Below are positions 1 to 11,521 of a stretch of DNA of 64,000 nt, in pieces. The DNA lies in NCBI GenBank assembly GCA_000004985.1, contig GG738868.1. One strand, written 5' to 3'. The DNA comes from Naegleria gruberi (lineage: Eukaryota). Both the position numbers and the translations under genes were made by a program. The notes under the pieces are model-generated. The model made no database searches, was not told the DNA's origin, and was given only the letters and a program-made list of their open reading frames with translations. Numbering within the stretch: position 1 is the first letter of the stretch; every line of letters begins with the position of its first letter.

Positions 1-69
1 TATTTAAAATGTAAAAATATAAATTAAATAATATTTAAAATTCAAATATAATTTTAAATTCAAATATAA

Positions 70-792
70 TCAAAATTTAAAATAACAAATTAAATCAAAA
101 CATACCATTACATTAAATAATATAAATACAGTTATTAATCTGACAATTACACATGACATCCATCCCAGTAATGAAAATAATACAATCCAAATATTGATCA
201 GTGCACATAAATCAGGATGATTAGTAATCATATTATTGGTATAGGCATAGGACACGAATGAAATCGATCCAAGAATGACACTGACAGTCATCAGTTTAGG
301 CTGTTTAGTTTTAACCACTCTAAACCTCTGATTTAGTAATACAGCAAATCCAAAGAATATATTTACAATACAAATTACAAGTCCAATCGAAAAGAAGGTA
401 ATATCACCAACTGACATGGGCATGGTTGTTAAATTAAATACATTTACAGGAAATCCTATTGATGAAGAATCATTCCCTTCCCGATACGAATAATTTACAT
501 CATAAATTCCTCCTATATTATTATTATTATTATTATTAAATTCCCAATAATAATTATTATGATGATGATGATTAATTGATGATGGCAATAAGGATGATGA
601 AATCAAACTCTTCATCCACGACCCAAAAATCATGGAAAATATATTACTAAAATTCATAGAATGATCCATCGAATAATATTCTTGTTGTTGCTGTTGTTGT
701 TGGTGGTGATCAATAATTGAGAATAACACTCCCTGCTGCTGATCATCCCGATCATTGAGATGATGAAAATTAAAATCGTCGTCCTCAAGCAT
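70..792 (-). CDS. hypothetical polytopic membrane protein with polyQ/polyN/His-rich tracts
   Basis: 723-nt ORF starting at a real ATG (revcomp of 790-792). Hydrophobic TM-like segments such as GFAVLLNQ and ITFFSIGLVICIVNIFFGF, plus Q7 and N7 homopolymer runs. No recognisable catalytic motif. The 3' end is very AT-rich, so further exons may exist. Confidence 0.4.
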   Translation of the reverse strand: MLEDDDFNFHHLNDRDDQQQGVLFSIIDHHQQQQQQQEYYSMDHSMNFSNIFSMIFGSWMKSLISSSLLPSSINHHHHNNYYWEFNNNNNNNIGGIYDVNYSYREGNDSSSIGFPVNVFNLTTMPMSVGDITFFSIGLVICIVNIFFGFAVLLNQRFRVVKTKQPKLMTVSVILGSISFVSYAYTNNMITNHPDLCALINIWIVLFSLLGWMSCVIVRLITVFILFNVMVCFDLICYFKF

Positions 793-2284
793 TTTTAAAT
801 TTTGCTTTTTCCGGTTAATTAGAAGGAAATGAGAAAGATCTTAAGTGGTCGTGACCTCTCTCATCAATTTATATTGAGTAATTTGAATAATTGGCTGGGA
901 ATTGGCTGATGAAAAATTGTTTTACTTTCAGTATGAAGAAGACAAGAGTGGAGAGATTGTGAAGGTTTGTAATCAATATCAAGAAGAAGGAATTGTGGAA
1001 GAAAGGATATCAGAATAGTCGTTGATGGGTAACTGAAATCAGTGTAAAGCGTTCATTCTTAAATTTCACTTTTAGCCTAGTGCGTTTTTCATGATGTTGA
1101 AAGTGAAAAACTAACAACAATTAAAGACTTTTGACTTTTGAATAGTTTACAAGAGGTCAATTACTGATCTACTGTAAATTGTTATACAAAATCAATCTAC
1201 AGTAACAACAATCTCTCTTAGTTGAGCCTCCACACAAAACATAAATCTATAAATGAATATGATGCAAGAATACATCAACAAACATCATCCTTTTACAGAA
1301 GTATACAAATGGAAGTTAATATTAAGGGTGCGAAACATGAACTTTTAGAATCGTATTGGAGGTATGCAATGTAGTGCATTGAGACATGAAAATATAAATG
1401 GAAATTTTCTTCGTGCATGATTTTTGGGTAATAACTACTTTCCTTAAAGATTAGCGACAAGCTACTAATACGAAACCAAATATTCGAACAGCTAAAATTG
1501 TAATATGTACAAAAGGTGGAGATGTATCATGCAAGTTTAAATACTTAATATCCAAAAGAATTGAAAGTTGTTCACTTCCTCAAATTGTAAACCACCTAAC
1601 CCTTCTGGTATTCATCTATTCGAAAGCAGACTAAACTGTATTTCAAAATTAAAGTGAAACACATTGAGAACCTTAGTTGAAAGGAGATACAATGACTCAA
1701 TGAACATTATAAAATAATCAAACGAATTCATTTCCTTTCCAATAAAAATACCAATTTGTCCAATTTTAATATCCTTAAAAAAATCTCTTAAATGTTTTAA
1801 AAAACCAATCCAGACAAGTAGTTTTCTCTTTGGGCCACGTCTCTCCTGAATCAGATACCACTTCCATTTCTAGTAATCATCTCTATTTTTAACATTTCCT
1901 TAACCATCTGATGCAGTAAACCTCCTTCGAAATACCAATCACTCACCATCAACAAACAGACAACGAGAAAAACAACCGCCATTTTCGCACGTTGGTCACC
2001 ACCTCTATGGTATTTCACTACTGCTGTAAAACACTGAAGACGCTGCATCCATTCTCCTTGAGGTACAATACGAAATTTTTCATGCTTGCGTTCTTTTTGC
2101 AAAGCAAGTGCGAAGCAATACACAAGACAGCAAACAACAAAATTGACTTTCCGTGTTTGATGTTGCCGAAGTGACTTCGCACACGAATCAAGGAAACACA
2201 ATAAATAGTTCCACGAAGCCTTTTCATCATAATAACCCAAAAAAAAACATAAAAATCTCAAACTCTTCAACTAGCACTAGTAAA

Positions 2285-2614
2285 ATGCTCATGAATTCAA
2301 TTGTTCTCAATAATAACATGATGATGATGAGAATGAATACTCAATCGAATCAGGTTTATCAATTTCCTTCTCATTTTCAACAACAGGAAATGGAGCAGTC
2401 GAACAATTACTTTACCAGTTTGCTCTTATCAAATGAAAGCAAAACAAGCCTTGATGAAGTTCAAATCAATTCACCTCTTTTCTTAAAGTTGGATATTGAT
2501 GACTTGTTGCTCACCTTGCAAGAAATGAATCTTGTCAACAACCATACTCAACAAGAGGAACAACATTTGCCAACAACTCCTTCTTCAAATCTTAACACTT
2601 CCACTGATATGTAA
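2285..2614 (+). CDS. hypothetical N/Q/S-rich low-complexity protein; start uncertain
   Basis: The table ORF 2153..2614 begins at GTG. The first in-frame ATG is near 2285 (MLMNSIVLNNNMMMMRMN...). Composition is low-complexity and an antisense ORF (1851..2270) overlaps it. This is a weak call. Confidence 0.2.
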   Translation: MLMNSIVLNNNMMMMRMNTQSNQVYQFPSHFQQQEMEQSNNYFTSLLLSNESKTSLDEVQINSPLFLKLDIDDLLLTLQEMNLVNNHTQQEEQHLPTTPSSNLNTSTDM

Positions 2615-3190
2615 TTTTACTCTCAAACTCCTTGATAACAATCCAAACAATTCATCATCAACAACCAATAGATTACATTAACAAGATCGTGATATCAAAG
2701 AAAAACCAAACTAACTGTTTGTCAATTAATTGATTCACACAACTGCTTTGATTGACAAACACACAACAAACAGGCAAAAACACTCTGGGTATTATGCTGT
2801 ATGAACTCTTTAAAATATTTGAGGTGACTAGAACCATTCTAAAATATCTCAAAATCATGGTCCTTTTAAGTTAGTTTCCGTTTGTGAACATTAAATAATA
2901 AAAATGTAATAAAAAAGATCTAGTTGACTCTTATCAGATTATAATCCACAACACATGAAAATAATCTTAACGTCTGGGATTAAAGAAACCAATTTGTAAA
3001 TCTACAGTTATCGGCTTGTTGATTTAAGGCCATTTCCAAAGTCAACTCAGTTCCTTCAGTGTGTGGCTGAGTAATATTCGAAACAAAACACTAATTTATT
3101 TCACAATGAAAAAACATCTTTTCATACAAAATTCTAATCAACACAAAACTGTCAAAAACAACTCACAAAATTTCACTTCCAATTTCAAAT

Positions 3191-4609
3191 CTAAGCCCTC
3201 TGAACGTCCAAATTCTTCTTCTTATTCTGCTGTTGCTGCTGTTGTTGATCTCTAAAACATGGACACAATCTCCTCTTTCCATACATATCATTCTGACATC
3301 TGAAACGACTCTGTCTAGATCCTAGGATACAGTACTCACCATCCAATAATGGAGAACTGGAATCTAATACTGGATTTCTCTCATAGGTACAAACACAATT
3401 AGGTGCATATCGTTTCAATTCATCACATCGATTGATATACGAAAAGAATCTTGCATCACAAACTGAATCAAATCTTTCACAACAATTGGAACAACTTTCG
3501 CCTGCATCACATGGAACACTTCTCACTTTTTTCAATTCACTGAGTGGAATTGGATTTGAGGAAGGAAATGATGGTAATCTCAATGTATCATGATTAAATT
3601 CATATTCCTCATCATCTATATATGGAAGCATGAATGCTAAACTAGATTTTGGAATTCTCTTAGTGACAGTATTAGGACCCACGAGAGTATCATTACATGG
3701 GAAAAAGTAGGAATTTGGACAACCCTCCACTTGAAAGAGAACCAATAATTGAGATTGTGTTTGAGGTTCCATACAATTAGGGAAATCCAAATTATTTCTC
3801 TCAATATTTCTTTCATTTCCAACAGATGAAGTCACTCCAATATGTTTCATTAATTGATATCTATAAATATAGAATAATCTCTCTTTAAATCTCATTTTTC
3901 CATAATGATTCAATTGATGCCAATACTGTTCCAATAACCAATCAATTGGAGTATCAGTTTCTGCTTCTCTTTCTAAAAATCTCAATAAAAATCCCAAATC
4001 CTTTCTCTGAATTAAAACACCATTTAAACCGAATGAAAATCTGAATCCAACCCAATCCTTTCCATTCGATTCCAATTCATGAATCTTTTCAAATATTCTT
4101 CCAAAATGATAATGAGCTCCTTCACACATTATAAAATCATCTTCCATAATTGCAATTGGAGTATTATCCTTAATTCTCAATTGTTCATTGACAATTTTAA
4201 TCATATCATAAAAATCATTCGATTGATGCTTCTTTTTCGGTGATAATTGTGAATTATCAAAGTTATAACTTTCCCATTCCTTCTTTTTATGATAAATTGT
4301 CACATGTGCATCAAGTGCCGAGCTCTGAACCATAAATTCAACTTCTTCTTTAAAAGCTTCTCCTTTACTATTGAAAATTATAATACAAGGATTGAATAAT
4401 CGTTGTTTTAATTTTGCAATACTATTAATTGTTTGTCCTAAATAATGAAAACTATTTCCTTCCATTTGACGAGGAGCTGTCAGAATTAAAAAAGACATGG
4501 AACATTTGACATTATTTTTGGAGGATAGATAGAGTCTGAAGGTGAGTGCGGATAGGAAGAGAAAGAGTGCCTGCGAAAAGAAGAATATTAAAATTGTGGA
4601 TGATTTCAT
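3191..4609 (-). CDS. signal-anchor/secreted Cys-rich protein with glycosyltransferase-like luminal domain (family unassigned)
   Basis: ATG at 4607-4609. N-terminal hydrophobic segment ILIFFFSQALFLFLSALTF. A central acidic motif IAIMEDDFIMCEGAHYHF resembles DXD-type sugar transferases. The C-terminal region is Cys-rich (about 16 Cys; CSNCCERFDSVCD...CPCF) and ends in a Q7 tract. Confidence 0.45.
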   Translation of the reverse strand: MKSSTILIFFFSQALFLFLSALTFRLYLSSKNNVKCSMSFLILTAPRQMEGNSFHYLGQTINSIAKLKQRLFNPCIIIFNSKGEAFKEEVEFMVQSSALDAHVTIYHKKKEWESYNFDNSQLSPKKKHQSNDFYDMIKIVNEQLRIKDNTPIAIMEDDFIMCEGAHYHFGRIFEKIHELESNGKDWVGFRFSFGLNGVLIQRKDLGFLLRFLEREAETDTPIDWLLEQYWHQLNHYGKMRFKERLFYIYRYQLMKHIGVTSSVGNERNIERNNLDFPNCMEPQTQSQLLVLFQVEGCPNSYFFPCNDTLVGPNTVTKRIPKSSLAFMLPYIDDEEYEFNHDTLRLPSFPSSNPIPLSELKKVRSVPCDAGESCSNCCERFDSVCDARFFSYINRCDELKRYAPNCVCTYERNPVLDSSSPLLDGEYCILGSRQSRFRCQNDMYGKRRLCPCFRDQQQQQQQNKKKNLDVQRA

Positions 4610-5353
4610 CTGATGACAATTTTTTTTTGATTTTTTGAAAGGTGGCAGCTACAATTTCTGAAGAACATGATGAGACTTGAAAGGAAGATTTCATTGAATT
4701 TCGATTGATTGGAAGGCAAGAATGGTGCGGAATTGTTGAATGGATAATTCGGTTAGTTTAGTTTTGATTACTTTGCATCTTTAAACGATTAACTTTGTAT
4801 TGAAAGGAAAGTATTCATAATAAAAAGAAGGAAGGTAATCTTTGATGATGGCAAATAAGAATGTTACATCCTTCCATATCCAATAAAAACAAGAACATGT
4901 CATCCAACATTGACTTTTTCACACTACAAGAAACTCTTCAATTTCTGAATGTTTTTCTTTACAACCAAACTACGGTTGTATCACCAACATGACAGTTGGC
5001 ATCTCTTCTCCATTACAACCCATTGTGGAATATTCTCCTTTTTCAACTCGATTGCAAATCACAAAAAGTCGTTTGATGTGAAATTTATTTTTAAATCAAA
5101 AAAAATAACAAAAATCAACAAACTAAAAAAATTTGACGATTTTTTTCATCATCATTAATTTTTGTTAATCTTGAAGGAATTAAAAAATCAACAACCTTGA
5201 ATTCAGAAAATAATAATATCGGAATACAAAGATTACATTCTATACAAGAAGAAGAATATCATCATCATCACGATCTAAATTATCAAATTAATATTTTAAA
5301 TATTAAATACAATTAAATATCATCATAATAATATTTATACAAATAATAGAAAA

Positions 5354-6106
5354 ATGGGGAGATTGGTAACACCAAAGAGAAAAATAGCAGCTACAGGAGT
5401 TCTATTCATCATTTCTATAATCGTTTCAATTGTTTGTTTGGGAGTTGGAGCATATTTTGCCAAATCATATTGGGATTTCATTCATGATGCTTTTCATAGT
5501 ACAGAAAAACCACTCCTTACCGAATCTACACAATGTACTGTATTGAATGATAAGGAAAATTGTCGAATTGAAGAAGGAAAGACAGTTGATGGTGTTAAAA
5601 TGGATGTTAAATATTGTCATCTTGCAGTTTCTTATTCATATAATGGTCAAGTGCATCATAATACTACTTTGGATGATTTTGCTAAATACTATAGAATTTC
5701 TAATCAATCTTCAGATTGGATTGAATTGAAAGCTGACCAATATGGATTTACTGTTTATTCCACTAATAGTACAGTTGCTTGTTATGCTAGTAAGGAATAT
5801 CCTGATTGGTTTGTTGGAATTGCTGAGAGAACACTCTTTTATTATTACACTAATATTCAATCCTTCTTGACTTCTAGTTCAATAATTGCAGTTGTTACAT
5901 TAATTCCTGCAGCTTTATGTATTATTTTTGTAATGATTCCAGCTTTTATTTGCTTGATTTATCAATGTAGAAGAATTAGGAAATTATTACCTGAAAACTT
6001 GGTTGGTGAACAACACTTTAAACATCAAGCAATGGGTGGTCATGAGGATGAAATCAGTGATGAAGAAGATGATCATCACACTAAGAGAAATAAGAATTAC
6101 TTTTAA
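5354..6106 (+). CDS. hypothetical membrane protein (N-terminal TM + C-terminal TM, acidic tail)
   Basis: ATG at 5354. TM1 is GVLFIISIIVSIVCLGVGAYF and TM2 is IIAVVTLIPAALCIIFVMIPAFICLIY. An ectodomain with N-glycosylation sequons lies between them. The tail is acidic (EDEISDEEDD). Confidence 0.45.
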   Translation: MGRLVTPKRKIAATGVLFIISIIVSIVCLGVGAYFAKSYWDFIHDAFHSTEKPLLTESTQCTVLNDKENCRIEEGKTVDGVKMDVKYCHLAVSYSYNGQVHHNTTLDDFAKYYRISNQSSDWIELKADQYGFTVYSTNSTVACYASKEYPDWFVGIAERTLFYYYTNIQSFLTSSSIIAVVTLIPAALCIIFVMIPAFICLIYQCRRIRKLLPENLVGEQHFKHQAMGGHEDEISDEEDDHHTKRNKNYF

Positions 6107-6282
6107 TCTAAATGTGAAGGGAAATTCAAAAATAAAAATTAATTTATTAAAATTGTAAAAATTTTGATTTTATTTGGAAATTTTGATTTTCAAAATAATA
6201 AAACTTAAATAAATAATTGGGTTTTGTTGTGGGATGTGTTGTTGTTATTAATTAATTTGTGAAGGCGGTCGTATAGCAGAAT

Positions 6283-7185
6283 TTAAATCCAAGAACGACG
6301 ATTATTGTTATTGTTGGCACTATCTTCAAAGTAAAGGAAGTCAATCAAGAACAAAGCTCCCAAAAGAACAGCCTTTTGTTGAGGTGTAGCAGTAGCTGGA
6401 AGTTCAATACCAAAGTTGTCAGCATCTGTGAAAGCTTCCTTGAGGAAACCACTCCACTTTTTACGAATTTCACCAACTCTTTGACCATCCTTTTCAATGT
6501 GGAAAGTCCAACATTCACAACATGGTGAAATAATGTCAAACATTTTAACTCCTGAAGCATCAAAAACATTCATTTCTCTAGAGAATAAACTACATCTCAA
6601 TTCAATCTTACCCAACAAGGTGTTTGTTGCAGTTTCAAAAACATTAACTTCATGGAAGAAGAAACAATATGGTCTATCCAATGTGATGAATTCTTGACCA
6701 TTTTGTTTCAAAGCAATGTGCATCTTGAATGGTCTTCTTGGACCACAATATTGTCTAGCACAACAATCAGATTCTTCCAAAGCAACAGCTTGATATCCAT
6801 TTTCAAAATGGACATCATATCTATTCTCAGTTTCAAATCCAGTCAATAATTCAAAAGCTTCAATTCTTTGCTTGACCTGAATCTTTCTATTAGGAGCAAA
6901 GATTTGTTCAATCAATGATCCAGTAGTAGTAGTGGTTGTTGTAACTTGTTGTTGCATAATTTGTGGTTGTTGTGGTGGCATATAGACTCCTTGTTGTGCT
7001 TGTGGTGGCATATATCCTTGTTGTGGTTGTTGTGGAGGAATGTAGCCTTGTTGTGGTTGTTGTTGAACATATCCTTGTTGAGGAGGATAACCTTGTTGTT
7101 GTGCATAACCTTCCTGTGTTGTTGGTGGTACATAGACTCCCTGTTGTTGAGGTGGATAGCCTTGCTGTTGTTGTTGAGGAGGCAC
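6283..7185 (-). CDS. phospholipid scramblase (PLSCR family)
   Basis: The C-terminal core matches scramblase hallmarks. It has an EF-hand-like Ca-binding segment FTDADNFGIELP followed by AVLLGALFLIDFLYFE, which matches PLSCR1 FTDADNFGIQFPLD...FLIDFMFFE. A Cys-rich palmitoylation-like ISPCCECW motif is present. The N-terminus carries Pro/Gln-rich QGYPPQQ repeats, as in the PLSCR proline-rich region. The table ORF starts at GTG and the open frame upstream has no ATG, so the true 5' end or exon is unresolved. Confidence 0.85.
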   Translation of the reverse strand: MPPQQQQQGYPPQQQGVYVPPTTQEGYAQQQGYPPQQGYVQQQPQQGYIPPQQPQQGYMPPQAQQGVYMPPQQPQIMQQQVTTTTTTTGSLIEQIFAPNRKIQVKQRIEAFELLTGFETENRYDVHFENGYQAVALEESDCCARQYCGPRRPFKMHIALKQNGQEFITLDRPYCFFFHEVNVFETATNTLLGKIELRCSLFSREMNVFDASGVKMFDIISPCCECWTFHIEKDGQRVGEIRKKWSGFLKEAFTDADNFGIELPATATPQQKAVLLGALFLIDFLYFEDSANNNNNRRSWI

Positions 7186-7687
7186 GTAGGCTTCGTTATT
7201 TGGTGGTGGTTGGGCAGATGAGGTTTGATTTATGGATAGCGAACAATATCATGTTTTATTGGTTGTTCTTGTTCTTGTTGTGAATATTATCTTCTTCATC
7301 AAATATATTGTCATATTATATATAGGTCTCATAATATAAGCACAATGAATTCATCCAATATAAAATATCGGATATGATGTAACATTGCATCACAGTTAGA
7401 AAAAAAACCATCATGCCCATTATAATAATTCTGCATTTCACCTCGGCTTTGAGACAGCCCTTTGAATTTTTCGTCTCCAAGTTGATTCTAATTAGAAGGA
7501 GGAAATGTTGATTCGATTGGGCGATGAATGTTTTTCAAATAGAAGATTTTTAAACTGTAAAGTTCAGAGTTAATGGGAATGTGAGGTTCATTACAACATG
7601 CAAATTGTCTTTCCTTATTAAAAATTGTACAATGCAGGTGATCTATATTGTAAAGGTATTGTAACATGTGAAAAAATGAAACTCTTT

Positions 7688-8716
7688 TTATTTCAACAAT
7701 TTAACAAGATAATAATTGGCTTCCTCATTTCCTCCTCTAGCCGATTTTCTAAACCACTTAATAGCTTCCTCATTATCCTTCTCCACTCCATCTCCATTCA
7801 AATACATGACTCCCAAATTAAGCTGAGCATCAGAATGTCCTTGATTGGCTGACATTTCAAAATACTCACGTGCCTTCTCAAATGATTGAGGAATTCCTTC
7901 ACCACCACTTGCATAAATACATCCCAAATCACATTGAGCTCCAGAATTTCCTTTTTTGGCTGCTTTTGTGTAATATTTAACGGCCAGTTGGAATTCTCCA
8001 AATACTTGTTCGTAGAGAATTGCTAAATTGTATTGAGAGGCATTGTATCCTTGTTCAGCTGATAATTTGAACCATTTGAGAGCTTTCGAATATGATTGTG
8101 AAATGTCTCCCTCGCCATTCTTATAGAGTAATCCTAAATTATATTGAGCCATGGCAAATCCTTGCTTGGCAGCCTGTTTAAACCAACGCTTAGAATCCTG
8201 ATATGATTGTTTCACACCATATTCACCTTCCAGACAAATATTTCCCAAAGTATTTTGAGCTAGGAAGTTTCCATTCTCTGCTGATTTCTTGATCCATTCA
8301 ATTGCTAATTCGTCAGATTGTTCGACTTCTTCTCCATCCATAAATAATCGTCCAAGTTTGTATTGGGCAATGGCAAGATTGTGATTGGCAGCTTTTTCAT
8401 ACCATTCGAAAGCTTTCGTATTTGATTGTTCGATACCTTCTCCCTTTTCATACAGTACACCTACATTAAATTGTGCTTCTGGATAATCTTGATGAGCAGC
8501 TTTTTCCGTCCATTCGAATGCTTTCGAATAATTACCCTTGTCATGATAAAGATTCGCCAATTTAAATTGATATTCAGCATTTCCTTCAACTGCCAATTTT
8601 TCACATAATTCTTCTTCTTCCCTCTGTTTCTCCAATCGTTCTTCAACAATTTCTAACCAATTATTAAAAGCTTCAATTTCTTCACGTGTCGTTGACCAAT
8701 GGATTTTATCTTGCAT
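7688..8716 (-). CDS. Sel1-like repeat (SLR, TPR-like) protein
   Basis: At least 8 tandem 36-aa Sel1 repeats with the canonical pattern, for example AQYNLGLLYKNGEGDISQSYSKALKWFKLSAEQG and AQCDLGCIYASGGEGIPQSFEKAREYFEMSANQG. The table start is GTG; the first ATG is at 8714-8716 (MQDKIHW...). Confidence 0.8.
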   Translation of the reverse strand: MQDKIHWSTTREEIEAFNNWLEIVEERLEKQREEEELCEKLAVEGNAEYQFKLANLYHDKGNYSKAFEWTEKAAHQDYPEAQFNVGVLYEKGEGIEQSNTKAFEWYEKAANHNLAIAQYKLGRLFMDGEEVEQSDELAIEWIKKSAENGNFLAQNTLGNICLEGEYGVKQSYQDSKRWFKQAAKQGFAMAQYNLGLLYKNGEGDISQSYSKALKWFKLSAEQGYNASQYNLAILYEQVFGEFQLAVKYYTKAAKKGNSGAQCDLGCIYASGGEGIPQSFEKAREYFEMSANQGHSDAQLNLGVMYLNGDGVEKDNEEAIKWFRKSARGGNEEANYYLVKLLK

Positions 8717-8889
8717 TTTTTTTGTGTGCAATTTTAGAGCGACACAACATGTCACAATTTAAATATCAAAAATAGAACGCAATTCAAATTGCTACTTCTA
8801 CTTTACAATAATTATTGAGATTCGAATAGTTTATATTAACTTTATACAAAGGAGGAGTTGGCGAAAATGAGTCAAACTAATCCAGATAA

Positions 8890-10387
8890 TTATTCCCGAT
8901 GTTGTTGAGTCATGATAAATTGTTTAACTTCCTCAAAAACTTGTTTCGAATTATCATGATCAATTGCTGATAAAGTTTTCACAGAAACTGTATCAAGTGG
9001 ATGTTCAGTAATCTCATTCAGGAATAGTTTAGTCATATATTCGATACATGCCACTGGATTCTTCTCCTCTGCTTCATTAAATCCTGAAAAGTATTTTGAA
9101 AAACTCTTAGTGGCAATCTTCTTTTCGAATAAATCTCTCTTATTGAATAATAATACGAAAGGTACCTTGTAGAAGAGTGCATTATTTACAACTTCATTGA
9201 AAACTCGTAAACTTTCCTTCACTCTCCAATAGCCATTATCTTCGTAGAGATTTAAATCAAATTCTGAGAGACTTGTTAAAAAGACAACAGCATCTACTGT
9301 ATTGAAAAAGTGAATCCTGTATATTTCATTATTAATATAAATTCAATATATTTAAATAGTTGATTACAATATTTTAAATATTTTAAATATTGTTAAATTA
9401 CAATAAATTTAAATGATTCAAAGAATGAGTGCAACATACCATTTACGACGTTCATTTCTCTGACCTCCAACATCAACTAAACGTAACTGTTTTCCATCAC
9501 CAACGTCAAATTTCATATCTGTTATTCCAATGGTCTTGGTACGAGTTCTGATCACATCCACAACTGTTGGAACATATTTATCGGAACAAATTCTATCTAA
9601 ATTCTCAAAGAGACTGTCATTTTCCAATGGAAATATTGTAGAAAAAGGTTGAGAAGATGTTAAACAATTCGTCGAATATTTCCAAATTTGATTAGATTTG
9701 AAATTATTTGCATCAATTCGAATCATTAATTGTCATCATGATTATTATCAATTTTTTCAAAGTGAATACACAATAAACTGGTCAATTAATCAAGAAACGT
9801 TCAAACTTACTATTCAGTTGAATCATATAATTGAAATTTCTCTCTATTTTCATATGCTTTTTGAATTCCTGCATCTTTCCACAGAGAATACAATCGTTTA
9901 GACCAAGAAGGATCTTCCAAATCATTTGTATTCAATGAATTTATAATTAATTTTGCAGTTTCTCTATTTTCTGGTTGTTCAATTGGAATATTCAAGTGTT
10001 GTGTTGCTGCCACAAGATTTTTAGCATTTTCCAACACGTTTAATCGGACAATTTCTATTAATTCAATTCTCTCCTGATCGTGCGTTATTCCTACACCATG
10101 AAAGAATTGTACTTGTTTGAAAAGTGTTGATTTTCCTATTGGAATTGGGTTGAATTTTTGAATAGAATTGATTATTTGCAATTTTATATAAAGAATTTGA
10201 TTAATATTAGTCATGATTCGAATAAAAAGAACTTACCTGATTCACCAGCTCCCAGAAGAAGAACTGTAATCTCTGATTTGTTTTTTGCTGTGGCTGCTGA
10301 TCCTCCATTAGGATTGTTGGAAGTTGGAGTAGCCATCATATGATGTTGGCCTTCCTTATCATGAGGCGAAACTACAATATTACCCAT
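8890..10387 (-). CDS. heterotrimeric G-protein alpha subunit (4 exons, about 358 aa)
   Basis: Exons on the minus strand: 10237..10387, 9811..10135, 9440..9613, 8890..9316. Introns: 10136..10236 (GTAAGT), 9614..9810 (GTAAGT), 9317..9439 (GTATGT), all ending in AG. Phases are consistent, with total CDS 1077 nt. The spliced product starts MGNIV (myristoylation Gly2). It contains the P-loop GAGESGKSTLFKQ, DVIRTRTKTIGI (switch I), RLVDVGGQRNERRKW (switch II DVGGQR), and FVLLFNKRDLFEKKI (NKxD). Confidence 0.85.
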
Positions 10388-11521
10388 TATTATTAAGAAA
10401 ATAGACGAATGATGATTCTATTCGAAAGAGAGGTTTTTTTGATGTATTGAAAAATTGTATTAATAATAATACTTTGATGTAATGTTGTTGTGATGCTACT
10501 TCAGAGAGATGCTCAGTCGCTATCCAATTCTAAACAATTAATACCAATAAAGAACACAATTAGAAATTATTCGAAACGATGTGTTGTGATGGCAGTCCAA
10601 AGAAAAAGATACCAATTTTCCAAACAAGCACCTATATTAACTGACTAGCAACAGAAGAGTACTCTGTGATATTTTAATTTTTTTACACTTGTCAAGTGAC
10701 AAACAACCATCACCGTGATAGTGCACAACACCAACGAACAGCTTATTGATAACAGCTATTTTCTCACAACTAGCATTTGTGGTCACATACTGCCATTTAA
10801 ATGGAGAGATGAAAAATTTCAGTTTGTGAGCGTACAATTAGGTGAATTGCAAAGCTAGTTGAAACTTACAATATGACCACTCATATAACTTTGCTCATTG
10901 GAAGAAGAAGAGATTGAAGATTCAATGAGTATAGGACACAGTTGATGGGGAGGACAAAATATCTAAAAAATGTTAAAATGTTCATTACATTGTCATCATT
11001 TGGTTGAAAAATTGTTAAATAATTTGAAGATCATATTCGGAATGGCTTAGCAAAAAACTATCTCTCACCTGTGTTACATTTCAAGAACTTATCATTCCAA
11101 CAACAACTTCAAATCACATTTTTTATAGATGCATTTCCAGCCTTATTATTAATAATTCAAATACACACCATCACCTTCCCGATACATCAAAAAACCCATT
11201 CATACAAAACAAGCCTTTAAAAATTGTGCGGGAGATGACGAACAAAATGATGATGATTTGATGTGTTTGATATTTTGCCGGGGTGATGATGATTTAAGGA
11301 AACCCTCAACAATACAAAAGGGCAACAAGTTGGGATGAAACAATGTGTGGAAAGGCGAAAGTCTCATCTGAGAATTTTGTGTTGCCTTTGCTGCAACCGA
11401 ATCTGAATAATGCTGCAGGCAACAGTTAAAAAACAAATTCATTCCAAGGCTTGAATTGTCAGCATCTTTGCAGTCAATATTTCCAATAGAAAGGCTTGGT
11501 ACAATTATCATCACAAGAGGA

